In this document: positions 8,234 through 16,064 of the stretch, in pieces
Position numbering within the stretch: position 1 is the stretch's first letter
Layout of the letters: each line of letters opens with the position of its first letter
Assembly: GCF_006345805.1 (NCBI RefSeq)
Contig: NW_021825335.1
Span: 1 to 16,064, forward strand
Length of the DNA stretch: 16,064 nucleotides
DNA from: Octopus sinensis
Taxonomy: Eukaryota
Reading direction: 5' to 3'
The notes under the pieces: model-generated
Told to the model about the DNA's origin: nothing
What the model saw: the letters and a program-made list of their open reading frames with translations, nothing else
Database searches by the model: none
Program-made: the position numbers and the translations under genes

Positions 8234-8480
8234 GAAACGCGGAGTAGATAAAACAGGGGACAACTGATGAAGGGAATGTTCCTCATTTTGCCTGTCTCGT
8301 TTCTTTCTTTATTTATTTCGTTGTTCGGAAAAAAGTTCGTTTTCTATGTTTTTGTTTTTTATGTTCTTGTTTCTCATTTTGTTCACGTTTCTTTTTTGAC
8401 GTCTTGTACCCATATATGCATGTATATATACATATATATGTTGGTATGTACATATATGTATCTACATATACATATATTTA
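8234..8480 (+). mobile_element. Hammerhead-motif repeat, 5'-truncated copy 2
   Basis: gaaacgcg (8234-8241)...ggggacaa-ctgatga (8264-8270)-agggaatgttcc, then the T-rich tract and tcttgtacccatatatgcatg homologous to 2652-2950. Confidence 0.7.
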
Positions 8481-8495
8481 TATATTATATATATG

Positions 8496-8527
<32 letters not shown>

Positions 8528-8903
8528 TTATGTATGTATGTATGTATGTATGCATGTATGTATGAATGTATGTATGTGTGTATGTATGTATGCATGTGGG
8601 TATATATAATGATAGTAATAAATATTTACGTTTCAAGTGGTTACACAGCTCTATGATATATATATGTGTGTTATGTGTGTGTGTATGTATACACACATTT
8701 CTACGCATACACAAATATGAAATTAATACATATACATATTAACTAGTATCTTATAAGCATTGATAAATGTATATTACAAAACGTGTTTGCTCGCTCACAC
8801 ATATACATACTTATATAGAGACGGCCACAAGTACACACACTTTTATGCACAGACATACACTCATTCTATTTCTACAAATATACACACGTTTATGCATGTT
8901 TCT

Positions 8904-9291
8904 CTGTGTGTGGTAAGTATCTTGCTTGCCAACCACATGGTTCCAGGTTCAGCCCCACTGCGTGGCAACTTGGGCAACTGTCTTCTACTATAGCCTCGGG
9001 CCATCCAAAGCCTTGTGAGTTGATTTTGGTAGAAACTGAAAGAAGCCCGTCGTATATATGCATATTTCACTGTGTGTGTGTGTGTGTGTGTGTGCTTGTT
9101 CCCCACCCCCACCATCGCTTCACAACCGACGCTGGTGCGTTTACGTCCCCGTAACTTAGCGGTTCAGCAAAAGATAGCGATAGAATAAGTACTAGGCTTA
9201 CCAATAAGTCCTGGTAATCGATTTACTCGGTTAAAAGCGGTGCTCCAGCATGGCCGCAGTCAAATGACTGAAACAAATAAAAGAATAAAAG
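8904..9291 (+). mobile_element. SINE family B, near full length (CORE-like tRNA SINE with central microsatellite)
   Basis: tRNA-like head with ggttcagcccc, CORE-like cttgggcaa (8969-8977), internal (TG)n at about 9071-9094, and 3' tail ...caaatgactgaaacaaataaaagaataaaag. Probably related to the octopus OR-type SINEs (inference). Confidence 0.9.
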
Positions 9292-9299
9292 TAAAAAAT

Positions 9300-9506
9300 T
9301 TGATGCTTCGCATGAATATGTATACATGCATAAACATATCTATGTACATATATATACACACACACACAAACCTTTATATACATATATATACACACACACA
9401 CACACTCACACATATTTATACATCTGTACGTGCATATATACATACATTTTTTGGTGCGTATATATATGTTTATGTATATTTGTCTATACGTATATATATA
9501 TATATT

Positions 9507-9539
<33 letters not shown>

Positions 9540-9560
9540 ATATATATATAATATTTTTTG

Positions 9561-9604
<44 letters not shown>

Positions 9605-9798
9605 ATATATATATATAATATATATATTATTTTATATATATATATATGTATAATATTTTATATATATATATATATATTATATATATACATATATACACAC
9701 ACATACATGCATGCATAGATAATATAGATAATATGTATATACATACATGTATACATATACACAAATGTGATTGTGTAAGAGTGCGAGAGTGAACGCGC

Positions 9799-9863
<65 letters not shown>

Positions 9864-9870
9864 GTGTGTA
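9300..9870. repeat. Compound (TA)n/(CA)n/(TG)n microsatellite region
   Basis: Direct reading; near-pure (TG)n at about 9803-9862. Confidence 0.92.
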
Positions 9871-10549
9871 GACGAAACCTAATCTCTAAAATATTGCTAC
9901 AACTGCAGTCATAAACGAATATACACCCGTGCATGAATATACATCTTCTCAAAAAACAAATTCTACACACACACACACATAAACACATAAACACCCTCAT
10001 ATACAATACGTGATCACATAAACACACGCACACACAAAACACTTACACACATGCACAAACGCATGCAGATGTGTGTGTACGTTGAGGGCGAGAGACAGAG
10101 GAGTGAAAATATATAAAAAAATATATTCTAAAATAAATTGTAAAAAAAAAGAAATATTATAAACTAAAATAGAAATGAAATATTAATAAACAAAATACAA
10201 AATAAAGAAACAAATAAAGGTGCAACCACAGAGAGAGAGTCTCACAGATGCAGTCACATGACCATCTTTTACACATTATTAGGCAACGAAAAGTTGTTTA
10301 TTGTTTTCTGAACGGGACAAACAGCATTTAGTGCAAGATATTGTGAAGCCATCCGTAAGGCATTTGCCGACATCAAGCTAACCTTTGTCTCTGCTGTACA
10401 TTGATAAATAGCAAACACACGTTTCTGAGATACAATCTGCCTGTTTTAGCTTTCATTGTCTCCCTTGACATCACAGTGTTCTCGCTGTTGTCGTCAGCGT
10501 CGCCGTCGTCGCCGTAGTTGACGTTGTCGTCATCGTCGTGTGAATCTAT

Positions 10550-10890
10550 TGTCTGTGTGACTGTGTGACTGTGTGTATGCATATGTGTGTGTGTTTTTGG
10601 CTGTGTGTGTCTGTGCATTATGAGTGTGTGGTGCGCGTATTTGTGTGTTTCTCAGTGTTGTGTATGTGCGTTTAGATGTTTGTGCATATATTTAGTTGTG
10701 CGTGTGTATGTGTGTGCTTGTGTATCTGTGTTTGTATATGTGTGTACATATATGTATAAGTTTGAATATATTTATGTGTCTGTCTATATGTATAGATAAT
10801 GCATATGAATGTGTGTGTATGTATATACACATACACACACGCTCACACATATATACGCATATGGGGGGTACTTGTGTGAGTGTGTGTGTG
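10550..10890. repeat. Degenerate (TG)/(TA) low-complexity tract
   Basis: Direct reading. Confidence 0.85.
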
Positions 10891-10974
10891 TTAATAAAAG
10901 ACTTAAGTTAGGATTTGGGGGATAAAAAAATGATAGGAATGAAAATAGGGGGTGAGCTCGAATTTAGTTGTGGG

Positions 10975-11395
10975 GTTGGAGAGAGGGTTTATTGAGAATG
11001 AGGGTAGAAGATATGGGAGTGATAGGGTGAGGAGAAAAAGATTAGGGCGATAAAGTGGGAGGAGAAGAGTACGAGAAGGTGAGAAAGAGAGAGAGAGACA
11101 GTGTGAAGGAGATGGGGAGAGAGAGAGAGAGAGAGAAAATCAAGAAAGACAGAAAGAGCATGATATAATAGAGAAAGTAACATTATAGAGAAGGTAACAT
11201 ATGGGGATAGTGGGAGAGAGAGAGAAAGAATGAAATAGAGTAAGGCAGAGAAAGAGAGAGTAAAAGACAGAGTAAGAGAGAACTATTAAGAGAGAGTGAG
11301 AGAGAACTATTAAGAGAGAGTGAGAGAGAGGAGAGAAAAAAGGAAAGAGTAAGAGAAATAGAGAGTAAGCGACAGGGTAAAAGAGAGTCAACTAT
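10975..11395. repeat. Purine-rich (GA)n low-complexity tract with a 24-bp tandem duplication
   Basis: agagagaactattaagagagagtg occurs at 11275-11298 and 11299-11322. Confidence 0.88.
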
Positions 11396-11464
11396 GAGAT
11401 AGACGTAGTCGTGGAGGTTGTAGTTGAGGTTGTTGATGGTGGTGGTGGTGGTGGTGGTGGTGGT

Positions 11465-11540
11465 ATTTAGCCCCTGGTCAGCGTTGATAAAGACCTGTGA
11501 TCAAGAGACATTCTATCCGAGACCACTCTGTCATTTTCTT
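11465..11540 (-). repeat. Short interspersed repeat (probable retroelement 3' end) next to a (GGT)n tract
   Basis: agacctgtgatcaa...ttcta.cc..gacca is shared with 11793-11860; (GGT)n at about 11437-11464. Confidence 0.5.
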
Positions 11541-11691
11541 TTCTTTTCGTTTAGTGTATTTTGCATCTTAATATCCCCCCACCTAAAACCGCTCCTTCTT
11601 TTCTTTTTAAAATATAAGGAACAATTTGAAGATTTGGCTGCCTCATCTAGCAGTTTGATCCTCCGCATAGAAGTACCCTCAATGGTCCACG

Positions 11692-11694
11692 ATG

Positions 11695-11755
<61 letters not shown>

Positions 11756-11792
11756 CAGCAGTAGCAGCAGCAGCAGCAGCAGCAGTAGTAGT
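11692..11792. repeat. (AGT)n/(AGC)n trinucleotide array
   Basis: Direct reading; source of the poly-Ser ORF. Confidence 0.97.
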
Positions 11793-11860
11793 GGATTATC
11801 CCCGAGCGAGCAGACCTATGATCAAACATCTTCCAACCACGACCATCACTTCTTATTCTT
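11793..11860 (-). repeat. Second copy of the trinucleotide-tailed short repeat
   Basis: cagacctatgatcaaacatcttccaaccacgaccatc aligns to 11490-11530. Confidence 0.5.
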
Positions 11861-12219
11861 AACCAACGGATTATCCCACGCTATTTTTCTTTTTCATTTT
11901 TTGCATTCTCTGTTGTTTTTTTGCTTCGTTTTTTTTTTTGGCTGGTAGTGTTTGATTTGAGGGAAACTTGACTGCTGTTTCTGTTAGATTAGAGCAACGA
12001 TGCTATCATCAAAGTGCGACAGTTTAAGAAAGCATGTTTTATCGACGGAGGTGTGAAAGTGTGAATGTTGTTTGAGGGTCTTTAGTGCCAGGCTGGTGTC
12101 TAAATACGCAGCTGTCGCACTCTGCGTCTATCCTTAACAAAATGAAACAAGTCTGTTTAAAGAAAACAAAAGCTCACCACACGACAACAAAACATACACA
12201 CACACTAATCAAATATTCT

Positions 12220-12631
12220 TTTCTACTCTAGGCACAAGGCCCGAAATTTGGGGGGAGGGGGCCAATCGATTAAATCGACCCCAGTACTCAACTGGTACTT
12301 GAGCTGGCAGAAACGTTAGCACGCCGGGCGAAATGCTTAGCGGTATTTCGTCTGCCGCTACATTCTGAGTTCAAATTCCACCGAGGTCGACTTTGCCTTT
12401 CATCCTTTCGGGGTCGATATAATCGACTTAATCCGTTTGTCTGTCCTTGTTTGTCCTCTCTGTGTTTAGCGCCTTGTGGGTAGTAAAGAAATAGGTACTT
12501 AATTTATCGGCCCCGAAAGGATGAAAAGCAAAGTCGACCTCGGCGGAATTTGAACTCAGAACGTAAAGACAGACGAAATGCTGCTAAGCATTTCGCCCGG
12601 CGTGCTAACGTGTCTGCCAGCTTGCCGCCTT
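12220..12631 (-). mobile_element. SINE family A host copy (tail type 1) with an 18-bp TSD, interrupted by a nested SINE
   Basis: Flanking direct repeats acactaatcaaatattct (12202-12219) and acactaaccaaatattct (12635-12652); the body is split at ggtactt. Confidence 0.9.
12301..12493 (+). mobile_element. Nested SINE family A (tail type 2) with a 7-bp TSD
   Basis: TSD ggtactt at 12294-12300 and 12494-12500; internal deletion between two ggggtcgat repeats. Confidence 0.92.
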
Positions 12632-12899
12632 CAGACACTAACCAAATATTCTCTCGACGATGTAGACGTGTGTTTACAGTGTGTTATACTGCGTAACATG
12701 AAATAGGTCTGGTGAGGGTTTCTATCGGCAACAGTATTTACAAACGGTCGGTACATCCCCGTCAAACAGTGCATTAATACAAACGCTTTTACTTTCAGAA
12801 GTCATCTGAAGAGATGGCTCAACTAGGATGTCATGGTCACTATCAAAAGCCACAGAAAGGACTACGAGAAATTTGTACAATAAAGAAACTTTTCTCGTT

Positions 12900-13210
12900 A
12901 GTGTATTTATTGACGTTCGGAACTACTGACACGTGACTGTTGCAGTGAAGAATCGCAAGATTCTTCAAGCTGAGTCAATCAGCAGGAGCCCATAAGTTAG
13001 TCTAAGGGGTAGATCAAAGGATAGACCAAGGGGCAGACCATGAATGAGATGGTTGAATAATATCCACAGTCTCAATTGGTCATGCTTGAGAATCCAAATC
13101 GAAGGTGAAGTGACGATTGCTTTTTATTGGACTCTTTGGATGAAATGCCTGAGGACTCTACCCCGACGACTTTCTAAAAAATAACGGACAGACAAAATGG
13201 ATGGATTGGT
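12900..13210 (+). mobile_element. RTE-clade (Rex3/Expander-like) LINE 3' fossil
   Basis: From 13023 it reads RPRGRP*MRWLNNIHSLNWSCLRI, later CLRTLPRR (the C-terminal LLPPRP motif), then the tail aaaatggatggattgg; all match RTE C-termini. The 5' boundary is approximate. Confidence 0.6.
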
Positions 13211-14279
13211 ATTTAGTCCTGCCAACAACAACAGGCAAGAGTTGTACGATACAAATTGATTAGTATACAACTTAAAATATATATTAAAACACCTTCATAC
13301 ACGCGACGGTTCGGAGCTAAAATGGTTTCTATTTCCTCTTGACTTTTTAAAGCCAAAATATCGAAATAAAGGTTAAAACTGCAAACTTTTGTTATTCTTT
13401 GTCATTTGTTTTTTACTTTTTTTATGCCTTTCCTTACATTGTATTGACTTTCAAAAACACTTTTCATTAACACTCACACTCATTGAGGAAGTCATCTGGT
13501 GAATTCACATTTACAATATAGCAATGACTATATCGCAGCCTTTGCGTCTTCGTCTTCTAGGGCTGAAAATTCATCATTTAACCCCATCTGATAACTATTA
13601 ACAAAATGCAAACCTGAAAGCGCAGCTGGTGATGAAGAACTGCTCCCATATCTAGGACAGTGCAACTGCTGCTACATACAAAGACATCCTAAACTATATT
13701 GCAGTCTTGGGCATTCTAAGAAGGCATCTACGTTAAGTTGGATATAATAATTTCCATTATTAGCCAGAGAGGCATCTGGGACGGAGACATTACAAGGAGA
13801 CTATACAATGTGTGTGGTGACTTACATAAAATGTTTAGGGAAGTAAAGGGAAGAAAATGGTTAAAAATGTATTTCTAGCATTAAAATGCACAAATACATA
13901 GACAATGAAGTCTTTCTGACGCAGGAGGAACTCCGCCTAGGATCAATCAAAGGACACCATAGATCCAGGGTTACAGTGACACCAAAAGCACAAGCCCTCG
14001 TCCAGCATCAGAGTAGGTCCATCTATTCTGACCATTTTGGCTACAGTCACCCACCTCTTTCTAAATCCTTGCGGGAGAGCACGTCCCTCTCTACGCCCAC
14101 TTTTCTTTCCAAGTAGAATTTGGAAAAATCGATAAAAAAGATGTCTGGCCTCAATATTTCAGCTTCGACCACCACACAAATATCGGCAAAACTATTTATA
14201 AATGGAAGGAGTCCAAGGAACGGACCTTCATCAACGTAAATATACATGCATACCAGCATATTAAGAAGACAGAGAACCC

Positions 14280-14457
14280 CTAGCATTGGAAGTGCCTCAA
14301 AAGTCAGCAATATTCAGGCATGAGAAGCTGCAAATACCTATCTTTATAGGAAGTACACAATTGGCAGCAGTTCTTGGAACAGCACATGTGTTGAAGAAAG
14401 TGTTGCATTTCTAATCTGCAGGAAAGAGCTGAGAGATGACTTTGATAACTCAAAAGA
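14280..14457 (+). mobile_element. R4/Dong-like (RLE-type) non-LTR retrotransposon 3' fossil
   Basis: 14349-14414 reads GSTQLAAVLGTAHVLKKVLHF*, resembling the C-terminal QK.ALLGTAHILRKVL motif. A short UTR and an (AAT)n tail follow. Confidence 0.5.
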
Positions 14458-14479
14458 AATAATAATAATAATAATAATA

Positions 14480-14517
<38 letters not shown>

Positions 14518-14524
14518 TAATAAT
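14458..14524. repeat. (AAT)n array
   Basis: Direct reading. Confidence 0.97.
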
Positions 14525-14624
14525 ATGGAGACTGAGAATTGAGATCGCTAAGATGTGGCAGTTACGAGAGTCAAACATAAAGGTTATCCCTATTGTCATC
14601 GATACTACCCAACCTTGCAAACTT

Positions 14625-14848
14625 TAGAAATTAAGTAAAAAACAAAACAAAAAAGGAAAAACAACCCAGAATCCTTGTTCGGTACCAGATCGATCCGCCA
14701 AATCTAATCAGTTCATGGCAGTCACGAGGCCAAATATCTCTGAAAGTTTCAACCGAATTCTTCCAGCAGTTCTTGAGATATCTTGTCCACACACAAACAA
14801 ACACGACCGAAAACAATACCTCCACCTCAGCGAAGGCGGAGGTAATAA
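14625..14848 (-). mobile_element. HINE/DINE-1-like element, copy 3
   Basis: Aligns to 41-263; terminal hairpin tacctccacct...aggcggaggta at 14817-14844. Confidence 0.65.
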
Positions 14849-14865
14849 TGATGATGATGATGATG

Positions 14866-14924
<59 letters not shown>

Positions 14925-14925
14925 C
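14845..14925. repeat. (GAT)n(AAT)n array
   Basis: Direct reading. Confidence 0.97.
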
Positions 14926-15055
14926 CTATGAAGCTCAAGGCCTCAAATTCTGGGAGAGAGACATAGTTGATTTTGGCGGAATTGTTAGAATGTTGGACTG
15001 GAAACTTTGCAGTAATTGTTTGGGCTGTTTGCATTCTGAGTTCAAATCTTGCCAT
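14926..15055. mobile_element. Old SINE family A fragments (minus-strand tail then plus-strand head)
   Basis: caaggcctcaaattctgggagag resembles the tail at 12235-12260; tggcggaattgttagaatg...cattctgagttcaaatc resembles the head and B-box. Confidence 0.5.
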
Positions 15056-15227
15056 AGCAAGATTTAAAACAGTAGTCTAGCATCTTGAAAACTTTGAAGA
15101 TTCAGAAAAATTATATTACATACGTTCTGGCGTTTGCTTAATTTTCTGGAGAGCAATCCTTATTTAGTGGTAAGACCATAGGGGGTTTCCTTCTAGCATA
15201 ATGGATGTCCACTTAGTGATCATCCCA

Positions 15228-15229
<2 letters not shown>

Positions 15230-15282
<53 letters not shown>

Positions 15283-15393
15283 CTATATATATATATTATA
15301 TATATTATATATATATTATATATAGATATATGTAAATGCCTCTATTTACATAATATCGAGGTCTCTTTCATTCTTTTGTTCTCTTACCATTTC

Positions 15394-15434
<41 letters not shown>

Positions 15435-15762
15435 AAATACATACATACATACATATAAGGTACGGATAGAATTCGCGAGCATACATACAAGCACACACAC
15501 ACATACGCACACGCACACACACAAACACGCACACACACGCACACTACGTAAATATAGACAATACGAAAGATTTACGGAATGCTGACGACGATGATGAAGA
15601 TGGTTTGTGCGCATGTCTACATGCATTGTGTACGATGGTGTATATTTTATATATCTGTGTAATACATCCACACACGCATACACACACACATGCATGTATG
15701 TGTGTGGGTGTGTATGTAAGTATGAATGTACGCATACATGTATGTATGCATGTATGTATGCA

Positions 15763-15806
<44 letters not shown>

Positions 15807-16064
15807 ATATATATATGTATGAATGCATGTATGTATATGTATGCTTATATGTATGCATGCATATATATATATAAATATGTACGTATGTATGCATATCTGT
15901 ATATATATGTATGTATGTTTACCTATATGTATGTATATATGTATGTATATATGTAATATATATATATATAAATGTATGTATATATGTATATATGTATGTA
16001 TGTATGAATGTATGTACATATGTATATACGTATATAAGTATGTATGTATATATGTATGTATATA
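15230..16064. repeat. (TA)n/(CA)n/(TATG)n compound microsatellite region with short unique spacers
   Basis: Direct reading; runs off the window end. Confidence 0.9.

Noticed and set aside
10310-10400. Possible micro-exon (FSARYCEAIRKAFADIK)
   Set aside because: Bounded by stops with weak splice signals and no recognisable homology.
11424-11948. 174-aa ORF with poly-Val and poly-Ser
   Set aside because: Built from (GGT)n and (AGT/AGC)n tracts and T-rich filler.
12013-12121. 10-bp inverted repeat agtgcgacag / ctgtcgcact
   Set aside because: About one such pair is expected by chance in 16 kb; no TSD and no second copy.
14065-14283. 72-codon open frame (ILAGEHVPLY...KTENP) vaguely like a reverse-transcriptase segment
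   Set aside because: No conserved RT motifs follow, and there is no ATG or clear splice sites; needs a BLASTx to revisit.
15393-16019. 208-aa and neighbouring ORFs
   Set aside because: Microsatellite translations (YIYI/HTYI).

Overview
AT-rich, microsatellite-dense eukaryotic non-coding DNA, most likely from an octopus or other coleoid cephalopod (inferred from the SINE families and (TA)n/(TATG)n load). I can support no intact protein-coding gene; most ORFs in the track are microsatellite or palindrome artefacts. The window is a mosaic of two tRNA-derived SINE families (A and B, about 13 pieces), a decayed DD37D (maT) Tc1/mariner transposase, three Helentron/DINE-1-like elements, and probable 3' fossils of an RTE-clade and an R4/Dong-like LINE. 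The main discovery is three unrelated repeats carrying hammerhead-ribozyme (HHR) motifs. (1) At 2632-2693 all three HHR strands and helices are present in the non-circularly permuted order III/I, II/III, I/II, with a partial second copy at 8234-8282. (2) A minimal type I HHR with a G3-C8 core sits inside a 300-bp near-perfect palindrome (7002-7301). (3) A weaker U3-A8 variant sits inside a 316-bp palindrome (5009-5324). All were folded by eye and none is tested.
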